The notes under the pieces were generated by a model. The model had not been told where the DNA came from and searched no databases. It was given only the letters and a program-made list of their open reading frames with translations. A program made the position numbers and the translations under genes. A stretch of 48,719 bases of DNA, counting the filler, from Catajapyx aquilonaris (Eukaryota), in the NCBI GenBank assembly GCA_000934665.2. It is 3 parts of 3 records of this genome, joined end to end, with 100 filler letters (N's around TTAATTAATTAA, not from the genome) between each part and the next. Parts side by side here need not be neighbours in the genome. Positions count along the whole stretch, not along the records: positions 1 to 16,171 come from JYFJ02007269.1; 2 more parts are not named here. One strand, given 5' to 3'. Shown here one piece after another: positions 1-11,588 of this stretch (its first letter is position 1; each line of letters starts with the position of its first letter).

Positions 1-251
1 TTGGAAAGACTGCCCAATGGAAGTGGATCACCGATGGCAGCACAGCCGAGCTGAATACAATGGGTGGCACAATGCCAGAACTTACGGAATTTGAGGCTTG
101 CCTTATGCTAGAATTTACTGCCACAGAGATGAGGAGGGTTGCTGGGAATTGTGAACTTGTCCGATCATTCGTCTGTTCTGTGGGCCTGTTGACAGGAGAT
201 AACATTCTCCCAGAACCGACAGAGGGACTTAACACCACACCGGCTCTGTGA
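1..251 (+). CDS. Last exon (5' end outside window) of a C-type lectin/mucin paralog: C-terminal half of an atypical CTLD
   Basis: Reads GKTAQWKWITDGSTAELNTMGG...CLMLEFTATEMRRVAGNCELVRSFVCSVG...PAL*; near-identical to 11597-11850 and similar to exon 3 (9050-) of the intact lectin gene. Confidence 0.75.
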   Translation, partial: GKTAQWKWITDGSTAELNTMGGTMPELTEFEACLMLEFTATEMRRVAGNCELVRSFVCSVGLLTGDNILPEPTEGLNTTPAL

Positions 252-578
252 CCTACTATTGACCTGTTATGTGGGTGTTGACCCCATCAATTTAGACTCC
301 ATTTTAACTATAATCTGTAGGAAGGAGCTGTGTGTTGAAAGGTATTCACGATAATAACACATGAATGTCAGAATTTACCATATTTTCTCATTAATGACAG
401 ATAAGTGTATTGTTGCCTCATTCCAAAAGAAATTTATGTCCGCAGAAATGAAAAATGCCATGTAATTGTGGCCACATTTTTTCAATTTTCTGGTTCATGG
501 ACCTGTATGCTGGAGCCATCACTTCATAATGACTGAAAAGTCCACCGCACCTTTCTTGACCTTAACCAAAATAAGTAG

Positions 579-941
579 GAAGGCGGAGTACGTATCCGAC
601 CGCGGTAACGTATCCGTCAACGGATATTAAGGTCCCGGGTTCGATCCCAACCGGGGGACACCCCCTTCATCTCGTGCAGAGTTCAGTGTCACCTCTGGCT
701 TCTTCTCGGGTGGTATTTCCACAGACTAAACCACCCGGAGGAGTTCACTAAAAATGGCCCGGTTAAGACATTGCACTGCACCTTGCACATCCCCTCCTAT
801 CATCCTGCGCGTGGGCCCGGGCGATTCGCTCAAGGTTCCAGCATTGTACTGCATTGTACTTCAAGTATAATAAAGGTCCGTGCTCCATACCTGATATGGA
901 CTACCAGGATTATCATCATCATCATCATCCTTATTATCATC
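579..941 (+). mobile_element. tRNA-derived SINE, family A head/body with variant 3' tail ending in (CAT)n
   Basis: B-box GGTTCGATCCC at ~638; body matches copies at 5498, 9879, 37254 and 41209; degenerate flanking duplication aaaataagtag/aaaataaacag; absent from the paralogous segment at ~12170. Confidence 0.8.
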
Positions 942-1358
942 TAAAATAAACAGTCATTGGAAGTGTCTTCTTATGTAGACAGTGCCTGTGTACAGAGTTG
1001 ACAATAATAAACATCTTTCTGTCACTGGCAGTGAATAATTTATTATGAATTTCAGTTATCAATTTCAAAGCTGTAGCATGCAAAGGGGTAGTTCCATTTC
1101 AAGTCAGGCAGAGGCTGTCAGGGCTGGGTCTCCGATTATTACGGATAAATTACAAGAAGTACCGCTGTCGAAATGAGGAAGAATGACACTGGCTATCTTT
1201 CAGTGTCATTTTTTATTTGCCCTGAAAAAAATCATAACCGCAGGGGTACCAAATCTTCTATTTCTCGAAGTTCAATTTTTCTCATTTTGGACACTTGCAC
1301 CGATTTTCCTATAAGTTACACAACAACCACATTTGGAATAGAGCAACTGCCTACGTAG

Positions 1359-2659
1359 GGGCAATTCCACGTGAACGTGATCACCTTTTGCACGAAAAAA
1401 TTTGCCCGTCGATGAGTGTGAGATATGTTTGAGTCCATGTCATGTTATGACCTTTCCCATAAGGATTTGGTCCGCCGATGCGTGGTTGCCTATCTACAGG
1501 CGCTAATTGCACTTGGATCACAGTTAGAGGCGCCCCCCTATTACATTTACATGACAACGTAAATGCATGATGTAATACATGTTTCATGTGTGAAATTGTC
1601 TCCTCTTTCCGACAAAAATAGTCACTTTCCGATAGCTGTGCAAATTAATGTCAAAATGCGACATTTTTGCAAACAAATTACATTTTCAAAAAAAGAGCCA
1701 AAATCAAATGTCATCACATTGACATCAAAATACATCTCACAGTGCCCTCTATCAGTGGTAGAAACGGAATTTTGGAATACGAAATGGTTACGGAGCTATA
1801 GGTACTGACGTGGAGCGCTGCGCTAGTGGCCACGCCGCTGAATGAAAATGAGCGGCCCACCTAGGTCCGTCTTCATGTCTCAGGTAGTGTACGCTTGTCC
1901 TTTGGGTTTAATTCACTTAATAATATAGTTCAAAAAAATTACCATAGAATAGTAAGATTTAATGAAAATTCCCTTGTCATGTTCAACAAAGTTTCAATTT
2001 TCACAAGTGTCAAGTGTGTGTTAAAATATGCTCGATTATTTACAATAGAGAAACATGTAGCCTACTTTTTATTTTTATGTTCATTCCTCTATTCTTTCCT
2101 AGTCACAGTCCAAATGAATGTTCACTGTTGAGGCCTGTACGGAATTCCTTGCGGATCCATACGGGCCCCTTGCTTTCACTATAATGGAATATATTGCACT
2201 CCTGCACCCCTCCACGTCAGTGATTATAGCTCCGTAACCCTTGCGTATGCCAAAATTCCGTTTGTATATGGCTGATAGAGGACACTATGAGGAAATTTTT
2301 GATATCAATGTGATGACTGATGGTATTTAACTTTGGCTCTCGTTTCGAAAATTTCATTTGTTTGCAAAATTCTCGCTTTTTGCCATGAATTTGCACATCT
2401 CTCAGGAAGTTAGCATTTTTGTCGAAAGGAGGAGACAATTTCACATGAAACTTGTATCATATCAAGCATTTACTACATTGTCGTGTAAATGTGATCAAAG
2501 TACAATTTACGCCTGTAGAGAGGCAACCACGCATCAGCGGACCAAATCCTTATGCGAAAGGTTCTAACATGGACCTAAACATATCTCCTCACACTTTGAC
2601 ACTTATCGATGGCCAGATTTTTTTGTGCAAAAGGTGATCACGTTCACGTGGAATTGCCC
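1359..2659. mobile_element. Non-autonomous DNA transposon (foldback/MITE) with ~450-bp terminal inverted repeats
   Basis: GGGCAATTCCACGTGAACGTGATCACCTTTTGCAC at 1359 and its reverse complement ending at 2659; arms 1359-~1815 and ~2210-2659 align; flanks cgtag/agtag. Confidence 0.85.
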
Positions 2660-3374
2660 AGTAGCGGACCAAATTTATTTGGAACTATTTCTAGATATAT
2701 TAAAACTATAACTACATTAACTATATTATTAAGTGAATTCACAAAGGACAAGCGTACACTACCTGAGACATGAAGACGGACCTAGGTGGGCAAAATAAAC
2801 GCAAAACAGATAGGATGTTTAGATGAGTCACAGAAGCGAAGTTATTAATGGAATTGCGAGAGCGAAGGTGCTCAGATGTTCTCAAGATTATGCTTCAAAA
2901 GATAGTGTGCATTAGAACTGCTTGTGGACTTTTAAAAGATGTGAAAAGACGCTGTGAAAAGTAGGGTTATAAAACCTGAGGGGGGTCCGAAACTTTCCGT
3001 CCACCCTGTATATCACAGATAGTGACAAACTTTGGCTTACTGTAACTTTATCAGGCCTGTTTTAAGGCATATCGAGTTACAAGTGTATGGAACGCAAATT
3101 TTTACAAACAAATGAACTTCCTAAAATACCCCAGTTTCAGACTGTCTTGTCTTATGTCAACATGAGCCATGCATGTTGCAGGAACTGGACCTGAGGTTTT
3201 GACTCGCGATAGCGCCGCAGACCACATCAAGTTATCTCATGCCATTTGTGATGGTCATTTGAAACACCTATATGCGCTAAATATCTGGGTTAAACGGCAT
3301 TTTATACTTGACTAAGGCGACATATTACCAAATAGGATACGGGCATATCTGATGCTGCGCTGTAATAATATTCA

Positions 3375-3504
3375 GCGCCGGTTTCACCGAGATGAGTATA
3401 TGATAAAACCAGGGTTCTTTCGGAAAATCACTACATGGGTTTTCCTAAAGAAACCTGGTTTTACTTGTGGTTTTATCATATACCGAGCTCGGGGAAACCG
3501 GCCC
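3375..3504. mobile_element. Small PIF/Harbinger-like (Tourist-like) MITE
   Basis: Termini GCGCCGGTTTCACCGAG / CTCGGGGAAACCGGCCC, internal inverted symmetry, TCA on both flanks (3372-3374, 3505-3507). Confidence 0.6.
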
Positions 3505-5497
3505 TCAGCATGATGAGTTAATTTATTACTTGGGCCGGTTGTATCAAAGAAAGTTTTCTTTAAACTTGTGGTTACTAGGGAGAAAATCCGTGATTAACTA
3601 CAAATGTTGTATCAACGCGAGTTTTTGAAAACCTGCAGTTAATACTCGGGTGAACTTTAACCTCCCGATTTTGGCGGGTTAAGGAGTAAAACCTGTGGTT
3701 TTCTTATTCATAGGCGACCGTATTTCGTATCTAGTCGTTTTTTGGCGTATTATCAGGTGAATATAGGCACGGAATACCTCTACAATATTGTAGCCCGGGC
3801 CTGCACAAAGGAGCGGGGGTATACAGTCTCTTATCTCAAAATATATTCATGCCAATGAACAAAACAGACAACACCAAATAGGCCCATTTTAAGAATGAAA
3901 CAAATATTCAGTGGAGTACAATGTACCATGTATTTGCTGCTGCAGTAATTAAGATAGGCCCACTAATGTTCTGCACAACAAGGCATTATTTCAACTGTAA
4001 GCAAGGTAATAATGCTTACAATAAATTGACAAAACTGTTTATGTATATTTAAGACATGAAGCCAGTTGTCCATTGCAATTTATTAATTAACTTATACCTG
4101 ACAATATTGGTTTTACAGAACAGGTTTACTCAACATTACCACACAAAGCATCATTGTACTTGTTGGAAATGTGTTAAAATATCCCGATGGCCTATTCACA
4201 ATAGATAGCTTCAGGTCCATTTACACAATTGCTATTTTTGAAGATTTCCAGCCAATGGCAATGGCGAGAGCTGCATGGAGAACGCGTCACGGAAGTCATT
4301 GCCTATTGTGTGCTAAATTTATAAACTAATATGTCACAATCACCTGAACAGTTTTCCACGCGTATTCGGAGACTCCTATACTAAAAAAAGAAAACCTTAA
4401 TGCTCTCTTATTACATCGGCGGGTGTCAAAAGTGAAAAAATCTTTTGTTTGTGAAACATTGTTTGGAATGCAAGATACAGCAAACCTATACAAGTCACAT
4501 TTGCCATTTTTAGTGCCAGTAACACTTGCACTAGTTGCAGACAAGAAGTCAGCACGACTATTCATCATGCAAGACGTCGACAGTCCTGTACACTACGAAT
4601 TTTCAATTTTGGTGTTCAGTAATGGTGTATTGCAGGTGAACTGGATATGGTTTGGCATCCCTCGCGAACACATCAAGATATTGATGTATTGCATGAATAT
4701 CACAAAATGAGTGAGTATAATATTACGATGACAATATTCTTATTACGGAGCCACTGCATGGCTGTTGTGTTACACTCTGGGTGTTTATAATACTGTATTA
4801 TAGTTATACAAACGCTCAAATCTGCATGCCTTACTACCCTGATAAATTTGAGATCATTAATTTCCAAACCAAACTTCTGTTAAGTCTGCAATGAGTCAGC
4901 CTGAAAATTACCATCATTGTCTGCTGAGGTGTTGCAATCGTAATAATCCTGATTCTGCGCTGCGGCAGACAATGTATCCACACATGCACCCATATTGCTT
5001 CATTTAATTATTTTCCACTGTAATATAAGAAAGGCAACTTCTCCAGCAAGGCCGGCTAGTATCGACGGAGGACTCTATGCATATCATCAAAAACGTACTT
5101 CCCAGAGACCAAGGGGACAAACCGTGGGTGCCTATCCTTCACGGTTTGTCCCCTCGGCTTCTGGTACAGTATGTCTGTCATCTCGCTATTCCAACAAAAT
5201 TGAGAAAAGGATGCATAAGAGAAGAATGTAATCACATTGACTTGTTAATATGACAATTATAATTATCTCCAGTCTTGCACTTCGAAATGAAAAACCAACA
5301 ATTTCTCTTCATACAAATAGGAGGCAATTACTAGGATAGTCGTAAAATTGTAGTTCACTTTTTTTGGTGCGGCATGTCCAATCAGATATTGCACTTCATT
5401 CTCTGCAGGGGAAAATACATACCACAACATACAGAATTGATATTAATTTTAAGATTGCCAAACAGTAACGTTCAAATTTATGAGAACCTCCAAAATT

Positions 5498-5854
5498 ATT
5501 TTTTAATTTAATTTTTTAAATTTTCATTACCCCATGGGGGGAGTTATCTACTCCTTAGGGGGGGGGGGTGGATTACCACCATTGGAATTTATTTGGAGCG
5601 TGTTAAGATGGATCTTATTAGTGTACACTCCAAGGGTGGATGGGAGGGGATGTGCAAAGTGCAAGTGCAATGTCTCTAACAGTCATTTTGTGAACTTCCC
5701 CGGGTGGCTTAGTCTGTCGGAAATTTCCACCCGAAATGAAGCCAGAGATAGCCCAACTCTGCACGTATAAAGGTGGGAACCCCGGGTGGCGATTGAACCC
5801 GGGACCTTCATATCCTTGGGCTCACGCGTTACCGCGACGCCACTTCATCTCCCC
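5498..5854 (-). mobile_element. tRNA-derived SINE, family A
   Basis: Minus strand: GGGGAGATGAAGTGGCGTCGCGGTAACG (A box), GGTTCAATC (B box), family body, GGGGTAATG plus A-rich tail; degenerate TSD atgagaacctccaaaatt/atgaccctccataatt. Confidence 0.85.
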
Positions 5855-6770
5855 ATGACCCTCCATAATTGTCTCCTCCTGGTACGTGTCCCCCATGTGA
5901 TTAGTTGCTCCCTAAAAATCAAATTAACCCATTGGTTCCCAGGCTCCTACACTGTAGGCTATAATAGGAATGTTGGGAAAAATTATTTCTTGAAGTTGTG
6001 CATATAAATCACAGAATAAGCAAGCTGAACCACTTCGTAAAAGTCTAATCTAGTGGCCGAATGCAGGTAGATCACATTTCAATGATTGCATCAGCCCCAA
6101 ATTCAAGTTGAATTTTTGTAAATTTGCCAATTTCAAAACTGGCGCGATTGAGTACCTATTACTTTGGATTGTAAATACTTTTACAGCTTTGAAAAATAAA
6201 TACAGTGTATGACTGTTGCAAGAAAGGTTGTGGGAAGCTACCATAAAATATTTACATTGTTGGCCCGTATGAGTGGCGAATGGCAGCAATTAAAATTTTA
6301 CACTATCTTAGTTTCTGCCTTCTAGCGCTCCTCTAAAAATATTATTAAAATATCATAAGTAGATCAACCTTGGGAACAAGTGGGTTAATGCATCACAGCC
6401 CTACTTAAGAATGTGACGTGGGATCTATTTTTAAATTATCAGTGAAACCAAAACATTTCCATCATTGTCGTCAACGCCATAATAACCCTTTTATTAAAGA
6501 CTAGTTTCCCCTTTGTGAAAGCAATTGACATAATCTGATCCATTACAATATGCATTGTCAGCTAAGTGTGCTGTGGAGTACGTCATGGAAATATTGATTT
6601 ACCTATTGTTTAGTAAATGATCTATGTAATATTATAAAAATATATCCTTTCCAGAGTCTTACACTCTGCGTGTCCCACTGCACAGGAGAACTTTCTTCTC
6701 CTTTGAAGTATCCTTTTGCAGTCTAAATAGATAAAATAGTTTTTGTTGGTGAAATAGTTAAACACCGAAT

Positions 6771-8015
6771 ATGCCAGCTCTGTTTGTCACGATTATCATT
6801 TGTGCCGCCATGCCAGTGTCACTTGTACTATCTGGATCCATGGAATGCCCAAGACCATTTACTGAGACATCAGCAGGCTTGTGTTACTACTTTTCGACTG
6901 GTTTTCGGACAAACTGGTTCTTGGCCGCAGAATACTGTAGACGGATTGGATCTGTTTTGGCAACGCCACGGACAAGAGAAGAAATTGATGGGATGAATGA
7001 TTACTACAAAACAAGTGAGTATAGCCAAATAGCTGCATGATAACCATAATTTACAGAGAGCGATGGTTAGCCCAATGCTTCCTTAATACTGTGTAAGTGA
7101 GGGATAATTTGCATTTTCTTTTAACTGTGTTCAGACTGCTCTCATACTGTGCAATAATGCTATTGTATAAATTTATAATCATCGCAAGTGGCATTAGTAA
7201 TGGCCAACATGTAGGCCTCAGTGTTAATTGCACCACTACTGTGATTAATAATATTGCCGTATGGGTTGGGTTTCTTGTTTAAATAGGTCAGGCTGGAAGA
7301 AGTTGGTTGGGAGGAACCGACCTGGGTGACGAAGGTAAATGGATCTGGGAGTCCACCCTGACTCCTGTTCGAGGTCGTTTTTGGGCCAAAGGTCAACCGG
7401 ACAATCATGATGGAGTCCAGCATTGCATGATGGGCATGTTTGGAGACTACGACGGTTGGATGGACGAAACATGCATGGAGAACGCTACTTTTGTCTGCCA
7501 GAAGGACTACCAGACATGCAGAACGAACCGTGGCTTGATAAAACCTGATGTTGAAGTAAAGACCGGCAGTAATGTCAGGTGGAGGAAGGTCAGATCTGCC
7601 CAGGAGCCTTTGCGGCACTTTCCAGTAGAAGTTGAATTTAACCTCCGTGCAGACATGCATACGCTCCGGGCAGATCATCACCAACTACGGGCCGATACGT
7701 ACGACTTTATGGGCCAAAATGGTTCCAGCCAGATTGATGGAGCTTCCTATCGCCAAAACAATAGTGACAACCGACAGAACACCAACTCATTCAGGGATTC
7801 AATTCTAAACCATACGAATAGTAGAAATATGAATGTAGCAATTGCCGAGCAGGTTGACACATCGGAATATCGCTATAACATAAGCAACTATCGAAGGGAC
7901 ATCCTATGTTTCCGGAATTTAATTAATGGAAATACGACGAACTGCTTTTTCCCATCTGATTCCACGACGTCTTCCACTAGCTTCACTTCCTTACCACCCT
8001 TCACTGACATTGCCT

Positions 8016-8050
<35 letters not shown>

Positions 8051-9856
8051 GGACCTATTACCAGCACTACCTCTCAAGGTGGATCTTCCTCCACTACCAT
8101 GTCTAGTCCAGTTACTGCATCTCCAACCACAATAAATGCAGGCACTACTCGCATAAGCTCGCCCACACCAGAACCAACATACACAATGCTTCCTTTCACC
8201 TCCGAAATTCCTCCCACTTCAAAACCTACTTCTAGTTCTGCACCTGACACATCTCAGAATCCACCCACTACCAGATCTTCCTCCGCTGGACTTCCCACCA
8301 CCACATACAACAAGCCTTCCAAAAGCAGTGCAGGTACTTACTCTACCCCTATTCCCACAACTGAACTTACACCCAGTGCACACACTCTTCCTTTCACCCC
8401 CACTGTCCGCCCTTCCTCCAGTACTAATGCCCTTCCATACACCACCGGTGTCATGACTGCTGAAGTCCCAATTTCTACAACTTCTTCCGTCACTGATCCT
8501 GGTACCACAACCACTGTAAATCCTTTCCCAACTGTCACTGTACCTGACACCTCTATTGATCCTAATACTATTCGGCCCACCAACCCCCCTAGTCCTCCCA
8601 CCACTTCTGCCAGTGGCAATACCGACGGCACCACTGCCTCTGGACGTCCCATCACTACCACGACTACTGAATCTTCTGTCACATCGCCCCGTCCACCTAA
8701 GCCACCTTCTGGATGCTGTCCTCCCCGATTTGTCCCATTGGTCTCTGGAACCTGCTACCTCTTCAGCGGAGAGTTCAAGGCCACATTCAACGAGTCCATT
8801 GTGTATTGCCAGAATCTAGGAGGAATTCTGGCCGAACCACGTGACACCATAGAAGTTTTCTCCATTACAGAATACGGGATCAACAGTAAGCATGTTTTAT
8901 CTGATCAATGCACAATTTGATATTTTCTCTAGCTCTCTCTGAAGGACAGCAGAAACCGTGATAATTTTATTTGCTAACAACAATGTAATTTTCCCTCATT
9001 GAAGCGTAATAGAGAGCATCTTAACCTGGTTTTTTTCTTCGTTTTTTAGCGCAGGTGAATGGATCCCACTTTGTTGGTGCCACTGCAGATTGGAAATGGA
9101 ACAGTGATGGGAAGTCATTGGACTTGGCCATATTGGGACCCAGAGCGCTACAATTTAGCGAAAACGATACGTGCCTAACTATCGAAATCACCGCCGATGA
9201 GATGCTATGGGTTCCTGCCAACTGTCAATCCGTCTTGTCTTTCATCTGCTCCATGGAAACAGCTCCAGTAGATCCTGAATCAGATCCTATTCATCCACCA
9301 GATGTTACGACAGCACTTCCACCAACCACAACATTACCACAGAACAACTGCCCCGAGCCATTCCTCTGGCTGGGGCCCAAGGAAACGTATTGCTACTTCT
9401 TCAGTACCGGCCGTACCATGGAAGCCAATTGGTTCAAAGCAAATGAATTTTGCTCGACTATTAATGGGAATCTTCTTACCATCGATGATGAAGAAGAATT
9501 TGGAGTAATCCAAAAGTATCTTCTAAGTAAGTGTTTTCCATAAACTGCATTATTTTTTACCATTCTTTGTGAATTAACTATAATTATGTAACTTTTGTCT
9601 CTCAGATATCCCGAATGCAGCCACGAACTATTACATAGGTGGCTACGACTTAGGTCACGAAGGTGTATGGAATTGGGTTAGTACCAGGAAGATAATAGCA
9701 TTCACCAAATGGAAAAAGAACCAGCCAGATAATGCTGGACGCTACGGAAACGAAGATTGCCTTACTCTTGCGAAGCCTCACAAATTTTCGTGGAATGACG
9801 TACGGTGCACCAGAAACCTCCACTTCATCTGCGAAAGAACCAGTAATGATTTTTAA
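6771..9856 (+). CDS. Secreted multi-domain C-type lectin with mucin-like stalk, ~856 aa; exons 6771-7014, 7287-8885, 9050-9526, 9606-9856
   Basis: Hydrophobic signal-like N-terminus; three phase-1 GT-AG introns join into one open frame (2571 nt); CTLD1 WLGGTDLGDEGKWIW..QPDN..C..WMD, S/T/P-rich stalk, atypical CTLD2, CTLD3 YIGGYDLGHEGVWNW..QPDN..WNDVRC..FICE. Confidence 0.88.
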
Positions 9857-9878
9857 ATGGATGGACATTTTGTCTTAT

Positions 9879-10181
9879 TTTTTGCATTACCCCATTGGGA
9901 GTTACATCTCCTTTAGGGGGTGGAATACCACCATCTGGGTGGAACCGGTATACTAAGATAGTATTTAGTTTGTTCCAAGGGTAGGTAGGAGGGGATGTGC
10001 AAAGTGCAAGTGCAATGTCTCTAATCGTCATTTTGTGAACTCCCCCGGGTGGCTTAGTCTATCGAAAATTGCCACCCGAAATGAAGCCAGAGACGGCCCA
10101 ACTCTGCACGGATAAAGGTGGGAACCCCGGGTGGGGATCGAACCCAGGACCTTAATATCCGCAGCGCCACTTCATCTCCCC
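9879..10181 (-). mobile_element. tRNA-derived SINE, family A (small deletion in tRNA head)
   Basis: Highly similar to 41209-41565 and 5498-5854; B box GGTTCGATCCC on minus strand; lies just after the lectin stop codon. Confidence 0.85.
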
Positions 10182-10888
10182 AGGGCATTTTCACTAAGTT
10201 TTTCTGGTCGTTTAAAATGTTTTGTGGTAGCTCAGGTGAGGGTTTATATTTTGTGAGTATTAGAATGTGGGTGAAGAGAAATACTTTCCCTAATGAATAC
10301 AGGCCTGTTGTAATGTTAAAATGTCGACTTTCGATCACCTTTTAATTTTATAAAGATCTTGCGGATTTAACCGAGTTTTTATGCCTATTCCTATGATTAC
10401 AGTATGGGGAAGGAAATCGTTTCACATCGGAAACGGAATGAGAGCCTGCATCATGGATATGACTCAATAACTAATTATAAAAATTGTTCTAAGTGTGGTG
10501 TATTCAGGTATTTGGGTAAATGCCAAATACGAATGGAAAGAGTAGCATACCTATAGCCTTCTATTGTAGAAAACACATCAAAGCAGAACCGTTGGAATGC
10601 TACGTGCAAAATAGTGGGTAAGTTATAGTGACACTTCGAGGTACAAATTTCACACAACCTCCTGTCACACAACCTCCCGTTACTAAATCCTCCACCACTG
10701 GTCCTTACCCCACCACTGATCCTTACTCCACCAGCCCTGATACTACCACCACTTATCCTCCTGTGAATAGACCCACTGGTCCTGACGCCACCACTGATCC
10801 TCCTGTGAATAGACCCACTGGTCCTGACGCCACCACTGATCCTCACTCCACCGAGCCGTATACCACCACCACTGAGTACCCTCCAGTG

Positions 10889-11024
10889 ACTCGTCCTCCT
10901 GTCACTCAACCTCCTGTCACCCAACCTCCTGTCACCCAACCTCCTGTTACTCAACCTCCTGTCACACAACCTCCTGTCACCCAACCTCCGGTTACACAAC
11001 CTCCTGTCACACAACCTCCCGTTA
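10889..11024 (+). repeat. Coding 15-bp tandem repeat (TQPPV)n, about 9 units; also 2 units at ~10652-10681 and a 42-bp duplication (PPVNRPTGPDATTD x2)
   Basis: ACnCAACCTCCnGTn units read directly. Confidence 0.95.
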
Positions 11025-11508
11025 CTAAATCCTCCACAACTGGTCCTTACCCCACCACTGATCCTCACTCCACCGAGCCTTATACCACCACCACTGAATC
11101 ACCCCAACAGACTAAAACTCCTGCCCCACCTGACTACACCACCGGTCCTGACACCACTGAACAAAGCACTACTGATCCTCGGCCTATGAATACTACTGTT
11201 TCACCATCCACTTCTGAAGGCCCGTCGACAAGCCCCCGTCCACCGAAACCGCCTCTCAGCTGCTGTCCTCCCCGGTTTGTCCAATTGGTCTTTGGAGCCT
11301 GCTATCTCTTCAGCGGGAAGTTCAAGGCCACATTCAACGAGTCCATCACGCATTGCGAGAACATGGGAGGAATTCTGGCAGAGCCTCGTGAAGAATTAGA
11401 CGTTCTTGCCATAAAGGAGTACGGTCTCAACAGTGAGTACATTGCATTTATTTACTCACGCGCATGATACCATTTCTGGCATCTTACAGGTAAACTGGAA
11501 GGTCATCT

Positions 11509-11588
11509 AGCGTCCAAAGGCAAAAGGCAGTATCTGCATGGGCCCGCAATGTATAGACACTGCCTTTCGCCTTTGGACGCTACGCTCT
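11509..11588. mobile_element. 80-bp hairpin (mini-MITE) inserted in a lectin exon, 3-bp TSD TCT
   Basis: AGCGTCCAAAGGCAAAAGGCAGTATCT...AGACACTGCCTTTCGCCTTTGGACGCT inverted arms; TCT at 11506-11508 and 11589-11591; removal restores KLEGHLYIGKTAHWK. Confidence 0.7.

Noticed and set aside
3532..5000. Autonomous Harbinger element starting GGGCCGGTTGTATCAA
   Set aside because: No matching right end or transposase motifs found
10889..11024. CRISPR-like array
   Set aside because: Contiguous 15-bp coding repeats with no unique spacers, in eukaryotic context
10475..11068. 197-aa minus-strand ORF (also 8338-8682 and 7160-7684)
   Set aside because: Antisense shadows of the low-complexity lectin/mucin exons
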